Shown here: one piece after another, positions 27,728 to 35,898 of the stretch | Layout of the letters: each line of letters opens with the position of its first letter | How positions within the stretch are numbered: the stretch's first letter is position 1 | NCBI GenBank assembly: GCA_041747555.1 | Contig: JBGTEY010000014.1 | Coordinates: 20,919 to 84,918 of the forward strand | Length of the DNA stretch: 64,000 nucleotides | Source: Patescibacteria group bacterium | GTDB lineage: Bacteria > Patescibacteriota > Microgenomatia > UBA1400 > PJMF01 | Direction of reading: 5' to 3' | Notes under the pieces: model-generated | Told to the model about the DNA's origin: nothing | Databases searched by the model: none | What the model saw: the letters and a program-made list of their open reading frames with translations, nothing else | Position numbers and translations under genes: made by a program

Positions 27728-28990
27728 TTATGCTCCAAAGACTTTTGCTACTTTGTCCAACCCTACTGCTAATGCATCAATGTCAGATCGAGAATTATAA
27801 AGCTGAAAGCTTGCGCGTGTGGTTGCAACCCAGTTATGCTCAACATGAAGTGGCATGGTGCAGTGATGACCTGACCTGACTGCTATATTCTGACTATCAA
27901 GAATCTGTGCCACGTCATGTGAATGAATACCACTGTATAAAAATGTTACTGATCCCACTCGGTTTGTCTTTGGTCCGACTATGGTTACCGCTGGAATTTC
28001 TGAAAGTTTCTCTAGAGAATATGAAACAAGATCCGCGTCATGTTCTTGTAAGGTTTGCATGCCAAACTGATTCATATATGTGCACGCTGCTGCCAATCCC
28101 ACCGCCGATGCTACGTCTGGAGTTCCAGCGGTAAATCGCTCAACAGGGTCGTCATGGAAAGTCGCGCCAGTTCGCGAAACTTCGCCAATCATGCCGCCAC
28201 CAAAAAACCATGGCTGCATTTCACCTGATTGCAAGAGTTCTTTGCGTACAAGTAATCCCCCGGAACCCATCGGGCCGAGCATTTTATGGCCACTGAAGGC
28301 GTAAAAATCGATGCCAAGTGCCTTGAAATTGACGGGGATGTGCGGTGCTGCTTGAGCGCCGTCAACAGAGATTCTGACTTGAGGTGATGAAGAGCGAGCA
28401 AGTTTCGCGATGTCTGCAATTGGAACAACTGATCCAAGCGCGTTGGAAACGTGAGCAAGACTTATCAACTTAACTAACTTGCCGTGCTTGTCGAGTGAAC
28501 GCTGCACCTGCTCAACTGCAATGCTGCCGTCCTCCTCAAGCTCAATGTAGTCCAGCGTAGCACCAGTTCGTTCCGCCACCTTTTGCCAGACAACTAAATT
28601 AGAGTGATGCTCGAGTAAGCTAACTAGAATAACGTCACCTGATTTTAGATTGTGATCTGCCCAACCGTAGGCAATTCCATTAATCGCTTCAGTGGTATTA
28701 CGGACCATGATCAGCTCATCATCAGCTGCACCAAAAAAATCTGAAATTGTGTGGCGAGCGCGCTCCCATGCCAGGGTGCTTTCATCCGAAAGATGGTGTA
28801 CACCTCGATGGACGTTGGCGTTTTTGGTCTGGTAGTACTCAACTAAAACATCGATGACTTGCTGGGGTTTATGACTGGTAGCAGCATTATCAAGATACAC
28901 CAACGATTTTCCATATTCTGATTGCGTAAATATTGGGAAATCAGCTCTAAGAACTTCTCCAAGCTCAACGTTTTCGTTTTGAGTTTTCAT
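27728..28990 (-). CDS. sufS: cysteine desulfurase
   Basis: YLDNAAT, ANVHRG, SGHKMLGP, RSGHHC. Confidence 0.95.
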   Translation of the reverse strand: MKTQNENVELGEVLRADFPIFTQSEYGKSLVYLDNAATSHKPQQVIDVLVEYYQTKNANVHRGVHHLSDESTLAWERARHTISDFFGAADDELIMVRNTTEAINGIAYGWADHNLKSGDVILVSLLEHHSNLVVWQKVAERTGATLDYIELEEDGSIAVEQVQRSLDKHGKLVKLISLAHVSNALGSVVPIADIAKLARSSSPQVRISVDGAQAAPHIPVNFKALGIDFYAFSGHKMLGPMGSGGLLVRKELLQSGEMQPWFFGGGMIGEVSRTGATFHDDPVERFTAGTPDVASAVGLAAACTYMNQFGMQTLQEHDADLVSYSLEKLSEIPAVTIVGPKTNRVGSVTFLYSGIHSHDVAQILDSQNIAVRSGHHCTMPLHVEHNWVATTRASFQLYNSRSDIDALAVGLDKVAKVFGA

Positions 28991-28996
28991 ACCAGA

Positions 28997-29491
28997 CTAT
29001 TGTACCAGGAAACCCTCAACAATCATGTCTTCTGCAGCAGCTTTAGAAATACCACGGCTTTGCAGATAAAAAATCTGCTCCTCTGGGATTCGACTCACAC
29101 TTGCCGCGTGAGAGCACGATACGTCATCGGTTAGAATTTCTAGATCAGGAACAGCTTCTGCTGTTGCTTGGTCAGAAAGCAGTAAAATTCGTTCAGTCAA
29201 AAACGAATGACTATTCCCACATTCGGGATCAATAATAATCCGACCCACAAATCTAATCGAAGATTGATCGCGTCCAACACCCTTGAGTGTCGTGCGAGCT
29301 TGGGTATTGGGGGCTTTGTGATGGATCACCACCTCCACAGATTTTTTTTGATCATTTTTGGCTTCAAAAACGCCAGAAATTGTAACTTCTGCGCCTGATT
29401 TAGTAAGTTCAACGAGATACTCACCTGGTTTTTCCAAAATAATTGGTTTTGCATCTGCAGAATCGATAGTAAAAATTGTCGGCTGTATCAC
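28997..29491 (-). CDS. sufD: short SufD-family protein
   Basis: PDLEILTDDVSCSHAAS, FYLQSRGI...GF; only 164 aa. Confidence 0.85.
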   Translation of the reverse strand: MIQPTIFTIDSADAKPIILEKPGEYLVELTKSGAEVTISGVFEAKNDQKKSVEVVIHHKAPNTQARTTLKGVGRDQSSIRFVGRIIIDPECGNSHSFLTERILLLSDQATAEAVPDLEILTDDVSCSHAASVSRIPEEQIFYLQSRGISKAAAEDMIVEGFLVQ

Positions 29492-30912
29492 CCAATACTC
29501 CCTTCCATCTCATGGTCGATTAGTCTATTCATCTCCACCGCATACTCAAGCGGCAATTTACGCACCAAATCATCAATAAATCCATTGACAATTAATTTTC
29601 GCGCGTCTTCTTCGCTCACACCTCGACTCATTAGATAAAATAGTTGGTCATCCCCAATTTTGGAAACAGTTGCCTCGTGCTGCACTTCCACCTGAGAGTT
29701 AAAAATTTTATCCACAGGGTACGTGTCAGATCTCGATTTTCCATCAAGCAACAGCGCGTCACAAATCACCGTATTTTTACTATGATGAGCCTTTGGACCA
29801 ATGCTGACCAAACCACGATAACTCGTGCGCCCGCCATCTTTACTAATCGACTTAGAAACTATCGTTGAACTGGTATAAGGCGCTAAATGAATCGCTTTTG
29901 AGCCCGTATCTTGATGCTGACCAGCTCCTGCCAGCGCCATCGATAACGTCTCACCACGAGCACCTTTACCTGCCAAAATAAAACTCGGGTACTTCATCGT
30001 CACCTTAGAACCCATATTAAAATCAGTCCACACCATCTCACCTTCTTCTTCTACCCAAGCACGCTTGGTCACCAGGTTATAGACATTTTTGTACCAGTTT
30101 TGAATGGTGGTGTATTGGCAGCGAGCACCTTTTTTAACAAATATTTCTACGACTGCAGAATGCAACGAGCCACTTGAGAAATTAGGGGCCGTGCACCCTT
30201 CCACATAATGCACCGATGCGCCTTCATCCACAATAATCAGCGTTCTCTCAAACTGCCCTGCATTTTCAGAATTAATCCGAAAATACGTCTGTAGCGGCAT
30301 TTTTACCTGTACGCCCTTAGGAATATATACAAATGAACCACCAGACCACACCGCAGAATTAAGCGCAGCAAAGACATTGTCACCGGCAGGAATTATTTTA
30401 CTAAAATATTCTTTGACTAAATCAGGATACTGCGCTAAACCTTCATCCATTGATAAAAATACCACGCCGTCTTTGGCAAAAACATCTTTGAGCGAGCCGT
30501 ACACCACTTCACTATCGTACTGAGCTTTCACCCCTGCCAAAACTTCGCGTTCAGCCTTGGGAATTCCCAATCTTTCAAATGTTTCCTTGACATCTGCCGG
30601 GACATCATCCCAAGTTTTACCCGGTGCATCCATTGGTTTAAGGTAATAGTGAATATCATCAAAGTGAATTCCCGACAAGTCTGCACCCCAGGGAGGCATG
30701 GACTTTGCCTGATATTTTTTGAACGAATCCAATCTAAAATCGAGCATCCATTTTGGCTCGTTTTTCATACTTGAAAGCTCATGAATCACGCGGGCATCTA
30801 GGCCGGGTTTGGTTATATGTGAATATGAATCGGTACTGAAAGAATACCCATGTTGGTACTCGTCTTTTTCGGTTTCGAAGGTGCTGGTTTTTTTCTGTGC
30901 AAATCGTGCCAC
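29488..30912 (-). CDS. sufB: Fe-S cluster assembly protein SufB
   Basis: GQFERTLII, EGCTAP, LHSAVVE, CDALL, HEATVSK. Confidence 0.96.
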   Translation of the reverse strand: MARFAQKKTSTFETEKDEYQHGYSFSTDSYSHITKPGLDARVIHELSSMKNEPKWMLDFRLDSFKKYQAKSMPPWGADLSGIHFDDIHYYLKPMDAPGKTWDDVPADVKETFERLGIPKAEREVLAGVKAQYDSEVVYGSLKDVFAKDGVVFLSMDEGLAQYPDLVKEYFSKIIPAGDNVFAALNSAVWSGGSFVYIPKGVQVKMPLQTYFRINSENAGQFERTLIIVDEGASVHYVEGCTAPNFSSGSLHSAVVEIFVKKGARCQYTTIQNWYKNVYNLVTKRAWVEEEGEMVWTDFNMGSKVTMKYPSFILAGKGARGETLSMALAGAGQHQDTGSKAIHLAPYTSSTIVSKSISKDGGRTSYRGLVSIGPKAHHSKNTVICDALLLDGKSRSDTYPVDKIFNSQVEVQHEATVSKIGDDQLFYLMSRGVSEEDARKLIVNGFIDDLVRKLPLEYAVEMNRLIDHEMEGSIG

Positions 30913-31406
30913 TATAACTCCTCATGGGCGAGCGCGCGTTTGGCAGTCAGAACCACAAATTCACCAGTTTTGTCAAAGTCATACTGACCTAGCTCATCGA
31001 GTGACGCCCAAGCATACTCGGTGTGCTCGTCGCTGAGGACAACTTGTGGTCGAGCTGTAGCGTCAATTGCAATATTCCATCCAAAAATAATGGAAAACAT
31101 CTGTTGTGATGCATCAAAGTAGGTATTGAGATATGTCAATGCAGATTCGGTAAATTGATCGGCGTTTAGTGCAATTCCTGTTTCTTCTTGCACCTCTCGG
31201 ACCGCATCGGCTGCATACTGCCCATCACCTGATTGATCAGTTACGGGCCACTCTGAATTCCCGCCCGGTAAGTCCCACTTTTCTGGCCTACTTTTGGCGT
31301 CGGATGCTCTTTTAAGCAACAATACATGACCATCATGTACCAGTGCCACTTTTTGCAAAAGTTTAACTTGATCGGTGAGATGGTGGGGTTTGTTTGGACT
31401 ATGCAT
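30912..31406 (-). CDS. NUDIX hydrolase (MutT-like)
   Basis: WDLPGG...AVREVQEETGI, LSDEHTEYAW; likely start MHSPNK just after sufC stop. Confidence 0.85.
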   Translation of the reverse strand: MHSPNKPHHLTDQVKLLQKVALVHDGHVLLLKRASDAKSRPEKWDLPGGNSEWPVTDQSGDGQYAADAVREVQEETGIALNADQFTESALTYLNTYFDASQQMFSIIFGWNIAIDATARPQVVLSDEHTEYAWASLDELGQYDFDKTGEFVVLTAKRALAHEEL

Positions 31407-31407
31407 G

Positions 31408-32190
31408 TTATTTTTGGTGTGTGTACCCTTCGCTGTCGACTTGGGTAGCAAGCTCAGGGCCACCGCTTTTGGCAATTTTTCCATCAATCACAATGTGAAC
31501 ATAATCTGGACTCAAGTAATCAAGAATTCGCTGATAGTGAGTGATGACAAGCACACCAGTGTTAAATCGCTTTACAACTTCTTTGACTCCAGCGGCTACT
31601 TTTTTGATGGCATCCACGTCTAACCCCGAATCAGTTTCATCCAAAATGGCATACTTTGGTTCAAGAACAGCCATTTGCACAATTTCAAGTTGCTTCTTCT
31701 CACCGCCACTAAACCCTTCGTTGAGTCCACGTTCTAGCAATTTTTCATTGACCTTAAGGTCTTTTGTGAGTGACTGCAAATGCTTTCTAAAATCAATAGC
31801 TCGTTTAAACTGCTTTTTTTCATCCTCTTGAAATCGCTCTTGATGTGCCAAGCGCAAAAAGTTCTGCACACGAACACCCGGAACTTCTACCGGATACTGA
31901 AATGCCAAAAACAACCCAAGTTGCGCACGCTCATCGGGTGACATTTCTAGAATTGAGACACCATCTACCGTTGCCTCACCATTGAGAATTTCATATGCAG
32001 GGTGACCCGCAAGCGTTGCAGCCAAAGTTGATTTTCCAGAACCATTAGGGCCCATGATCGCATGCACTTCACCTGGCTTAACTTCTAGAGAAATGCCTTT
32101 GAGAATTTCTGTTTCCTCCACAGAGACTCTCAGATCGGTGATTTTGAGTGATTTTTCTACTTTTTTGCCTGTTTTTTTATTTTTTTGCAT
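31408..32190 (-). CDS. sufC: Fe-S cluster assembly ATPase SufC
   Basis: GPNGSGKST, FQYPVEVPGV, NEGFSGGEKK, LDETDSGLD. Confidence 0.96.
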   Translation of the reverse strand: MQKNKKTGKKVEKSLKITDLRVSVEETEILKGISLEVKPGEVHAIMGPNGSGKSTLAATLAGHPAYEILNGEATVDGVSILEMSPDERAQLGLFLAFQYPVEVPGVRVQNFLRLAHQERFQEDEKKQFKRAIDFRKHLQSLTKDLKVNEKLLERGLNEGFSGGEKKQLEIVQMAVLEPKYAILDETDSGLDVDAIKKVAAGVKEVVKRFNTGVLVITHYQRILDYLSPDYVHIVIDGKIAKSGGPELATQVDSEGYTHQK

Positions 32191-32725
32191 ATTCCCTCGC
32201 AATTTTTAGTGCCAAGCGTGCTTCTGCACGGATATCATCGATCGTTTCAATTTCATCAAGTTCTGAATCAGAAAACCATGCGATGCCATCGGTTTCTTCA
32301 ACGTTTTGCGTAAATTCAATCGAACCAACCGCTTCCATTAAGTACAAAAAACCTAAATGTTGTTCGCAGCCTTTTGGCCAAAGTTTGGTTGAAACGCGTT
32401 TTTCATGGTCTTCACTTGCGAGTCGTGAATCGAAATTTTCTTTTGAAACCCAGTGAATATTTGAGGTAATTGGTGTTGGTAAGTACTGAGAGGTTGTGGA
32501 ATCTCTTAAAATTCCAATCGGTGCGGCTTTTACCTTTATTCCTGTTTCTTCCCAAAATTCACGCTCTGCTGTTTGGTGGGGGAGCTCATCTTCCTCTGTG
32601 TGACCACCGGGAGCGAGCCACATCTTTAATTTCTTATGCTTTACTAAAAGCACTTTTTCGTCCGCAACCAAAAAACCCGCAGCAGTCAAACACGTTTTTG
32701 CCTGAAAATGTTGTAGATCAATCAC
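32177..32725 (-). CDS. NUDIX hydrolase
   Basis: WLAPGGHTEEDELPHQTAEREFWEETG Nudix box. Confidence 0.9.
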   Translation of the reverse strand: MIDLQHFQAKTCLTAAGFLVADEKVLLVKHKKLKMWLAPGGHTEEDELPHQTAEREFWEETGIKVKAAPIGILRDSTTSQYLPTPITSNIHWVSKENFDSRLASEDHEKRVSTKLWPKGCEQHLGFLYLMEAVGSIEFTQNVEETDGIAWFSDSELDEIETIDDIRAEARLALKIAREYAKK

Positions 32726-32756
32726 GGGTGTATTGTACCAGGTTTTGCCATGGGCT

Positions 32757-33341
32757 CTAGATTAAACTCATCTGGACTCCCGCATCTTTTTGGGGAGCAA
32801 AGCTAAAATCCACGGGACAATCAATTAATCTATTCCATTTGTTTTTAAACTGCACAAAACCTTTTTGCAACCCAACGTCATAAATATCACGTGTCACGGC
32901 AACGTCCTGCAAACAGTATTTTTCAAGTGCGTCCCAGTTTTGATTTTTGTAATATTTGATCGCATCTAATCCATCGCCACTTTTTCCAATTCCAAGGGTT
33001 TCCTGAGCTACTGAATCTAACTTAATGCGATGTCCTGCGCTATCTTTGATCCTGGTTAAAAGATCAAGTGTTGGAATACGAGAAATGTCTCCTGTGTAAT
33101 AGGTAGTAAATGTGGGCATGTCAAAATTATCGATATTGAACCCAATCACAATGTCAGCCTTTTCTAACAGCGGAAATAAATCAGGCAAATCTTTTTCAAA
33201 AAAACTGAGCATTTCACCTTTGCCAGAAAATCCCGTTCGAGCACATACGCCCACAAATGAAATACCAAGTTTTTCGGGGAAAAAGCCGCCGACTTCATCA
33301 AATGTTTTTTTGGTTTCAACATCAAGAATAAGCTGCAACAT
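32757..33341 (-). CDS. RNase H-like/DnaQ-type exonuclease (YprB-like)
   Basis: LDVET, GFNIDNFD, YCLQDV (DEDDy-like). Confidence 0.82.
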   Translation of the reverse strand: MLQLILDVETKKTFDEVGGFFPEKLGISFVGVCARTGFSGKGEMLSFFEKDLPDLFPLLEKADIVIGFNIDNFDMPTFTTYYTGDISRIPTLDLLTRIKDSAGHRIKLDSVAQETLGIGKSGDGLDAIKYYKNQNWDALEKYCLQDVAVTRDIYDVGLQKGFVQFKNKWNRLIDCPVDFSFAPQKDAGVQMSLI

Positions 33342-33438
33342 AGAAAAGATTCCTCATCTATTTCATTTCTGAAAAAAACAGAATACCACAGGTGCCACAG
33401 GTCATGAAACCATTGAACTTGCTCAAAAAATGAGCGTT

Positions 33439-34041
33439 TTAGCTGGCGTCAGAAAATCGTTTTGAAACCTCAGACCAATTGACGACATTCCAGAATGCTT
33501 CGAGATAGTCAGGGCGACGATTCTGGTACTTCAGGTAGTATGCGTGCTCCCAAACATCTACTCCGAGTAATGGAACGCCATTGAGATCTGAAACGTCCAT
33601 CAAAGGATTGTCTTGATTTGGCGTTGAACCGATTTGGAGTGAGCCTCCATCCAAAACCAGCCATCCCCATCCCGAACCAAATTGTCCTGCAGCTGTGTCT
33701 GAAAATTGTCTTTTAAAAGCATCAAATGATCCAAAATCTTTGGCTATCGCATCTGCGAGGTCTCCCGTTGGTTCACCTCCACCGTCTGGCGACATGCTGG
33801 TCCAAAAAAGATCATGATTATAGAATCCTCCGCCATTATTGCGTACAGCCACTGGGTGCTCAGAAACATGGGCGAGAATTTCCTCAATACTAAGATTGGC
33901 AAGCGGTGTTCCCTCTATGGCACCGTTTAGTTTATCGGTATAACCTTGATGATGCTTGGTGTGGTGAATTTCCATGGTTTTAGCATCGATGTGCGGCTCG
34001 AGTGCGTCATGGGAATATGGTAATTTTGGTAAAGAAAACAT
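33439..34041 (-). CDS. sodA: Fe/Mn superoxide dismutase
   Basis: [31 protein letters not shown]. Confidence 0.95.
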   Translation of the reverse strand: MFSLPKLPYSHDALEPHIDAKTMEIHHTKHHQGYTDKLNGAIEGTPLANLSIEEILAHVSEHPVAVRNNGGGFYNHDLFWTSMSPDGGGEPTGDLADAIAKDFGSFDAFKRQFSDTAAGQFGSGWGWLVLDGGSLQIGSTPNQDNPLMDVSDLNGVPLLGVDVWEHAYYLKYQNRRPDYLEAFWNVVNWSEVSKRFSDAS

Positions 34042-34093
34042 GGGTTCCTTTCGGGGTGATTTTCCTCAGTATAGCACAGGATGGAAGTGACTG

Positions 34094-34966
34094 CTAACTC
34101 ACAATCCTGTTTTCTGAGAGTATTCTGCGGAGCTCTAGCATTCTGTCTCGACCAACGGTGTTTAGAAAGGTAAACCACTCTGGGACACTTTCTGCCATCA
34201 AATTGCCATTGGGATTTAGTGCATTTTTAATACTTTCCGCAGGAGGAAATATCGCGGTGGAGATCAGAAATCCATCAGCACCGGCCTCAATACCTGCTCT
34301 TATTTCAGATTTTGCGCGCTCATAATCAGCCTCTGTGCTGGAAATAATCCAGGGAACGTCTAACTCTGTAGTTATGGTGGCTGCAGTCAGTGGATCTTCA
34401 AGATATTCTAAAATCATCCCGTCGCACTTGTCACGTAATTCTACTACTGCTGTTAACTGGTCTTGAAGTTGCGTTTCGCGTTCTGCTGCCTCACTCGCTT
34501 GATGGTACACCAAAAGCTCCAGCATAAGATCAATTCCAACGTGTCGACAGTGTTCATGTATTTCTGCAACAAATTTTTGCTTGGCAAGTGCTTGGCGTTC
34601 TGAAGGATGATAGTAGAGACGAAGCTTGGCAACGCCATAGTTTTGACGAATATTCTCTACATTCCAGCGGTCCACGAGTGCTGGTAAGGCCATCGGATCG
34701 ACATCAACTGATTGTTTTTCAATGGTGAGCACTAATCCAGCGTTTTCTGACTTTTGAAGAATTGAGTAGTACGTATATTCAGGTGAGAACACGATGCCTG
34801 TTGCGTGCGGACTGAGGGTTCTGACCAGTTCCTTGGAAATCGTTTGGGCTAACGCAGCTGTTTTTGCATCAGTTATGTTGAGTTCTTGTGCATCAAGTAT
34901 TTGTGGCAGTGAAGCAACAGATACGAGTGCGATTCCATTCTGGTCTCGGAGGGCAGGAATGTGCAT
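34094..34966 (-). CDS. tagatose-1,6-bisphosphate aldolase (LacD)-like, probably degenerate
   Basis: SPEY, AKLRLYYHP, LELLVY, GADGFL; Schiff-base Lys position reads DGMILE. Confidence 0.65.
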   Translation of the reverse strand: MHIPALRDQNGIALVSVASLPQILDAQELNITDAKTAALAQTISKELVRTLSPHATGIVFSPEYTYYSILQKSENAGLVLTIEKQSVDVDPMALPALVDRWNVENIRQNYGVAKLRLYYHPSERQALAKQKFVAEIHEHCRHVGIDLMLELLVYHQASEAAERETQLQDQLTAVVELRDKCDGMILEYLEDPLTAATITTELDVPWIISSTEADYERAKSEIRAGIEAGADGFLISTAIFPPAESIKNALNPNGNLMAESVPEWFTFLNTVGRDRMLELRRILSENRIVS

Positions 34967-34973
34967 GGTTGAG

Positions 34974-35852
34974 TTATTCTAGCGGAGTCAGGCTTCGCTT
35001 GACTAGTTGCAGAGTGGCGCTGATTGATTCATCTGCCAAGAGACGATCGTCAGTCAACTCCACTTCAATAAGTTCTGCCAGCTTGTTTTTTTCCCATTTG
35101 TCTCGTTTTTTCTTCCATTCTAATTTTTCATCTGCCGCAACTTGATCCCCTTGGTCAGCTTTACTTGTGAGACCTCTAACGTATTGTTTATCCTTATTGC
35201 GTGGATTTTCAGCATCATCCATCGTTTGCAGTTTAAGATAGGCCAAGTGTTGCAGGCATGATAGCCATGCCTCCACTCCATGTTTTTGCACTATGGTACT
35301 CCTCAACGAGAGGATTTCAGAAGGCATGCCATCTGCATCAAATGTTGCAATTTTAGTGAAGACATCATGCGCGTCCTCGGCTGGAACTGGCGACTTAGTC
35401 AAGTGATGCGCATAGTATGCAAGATGCATCATATCTGCCCACTCAAAAAGAATATCGGCTAGCCTACCGGGGACGTTGGGCTCCTTCTGAGCAAGCTCAA
35501 TTGCTTGTAAAACTTCAGCTAATTCTGTTGCCTCTGCCCTGGAGTCCTTGTCAGCTCGAGCTGTGTCGCCATAACTCCTGACAGACAAATCTCCAGAAAT
35601 TATGCTGAAGCCAATTTTGATTTTCGCTTGATTAAAAGTACGCACAGATCGCCTGACTTCACCCTGACCTGCATCAATATCATCATTAGGTGGAGGCCCA
35701 TAGACAGTGTACAGAGCCAGTTGGTATCTCCTAGCAGTTGGAGATGTGTTTAGTACATCTAAAATCTTCTGAAGTTTGGTTGTAATTTTGTCATTAGATT
35801 TTTCATCACTCTGACTTCCTAAATCGCCCTCCCAAGGATTTATCCCTGACAT
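34974..35852 (-). CDS. hypothetical protein, possible MazG-like all-alpha NTP pyrophosphatase
   Basis: EATELAE...EWADMM resembles ExxE...ExxD. Confidence 0.45.
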   Translation of the reverse strand: MSGINPWEGDLGSQSDEKSNDKITTKLQKILDVLNTSPTARRYQLALYTVYGPPPNDDIDAGQGEVRRSVRTFNQAKIKIGFSIISGDLSVRSYGDTARADKDSRAEATELAEVLQAIELAQKEPNVPGRLADILFEWADMMHLAYYAHHLTKSPVPAEDAHDVFTKIATFDADGMPSEILSLRSTIVQKHGVEAWLSCLQHLAYLKLQTMDDAENPRNKDKQYVRGLTSKADQGDQVAADEKLEWKKKRDKWEKNKLAELIEVELTDDRLLADESISATLQLVKRSLTPLE

Positions 35853-35898
35853 ACAGCACTCCCCTATCTTATGTTAGTACTTGATTCAAATTACCTAG

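Noticed and set aside
33386-33402. CCACAGGT direct repeat between sod and the exonuclease gene
   Set aside because: Only two 8-nt copies; could be chance
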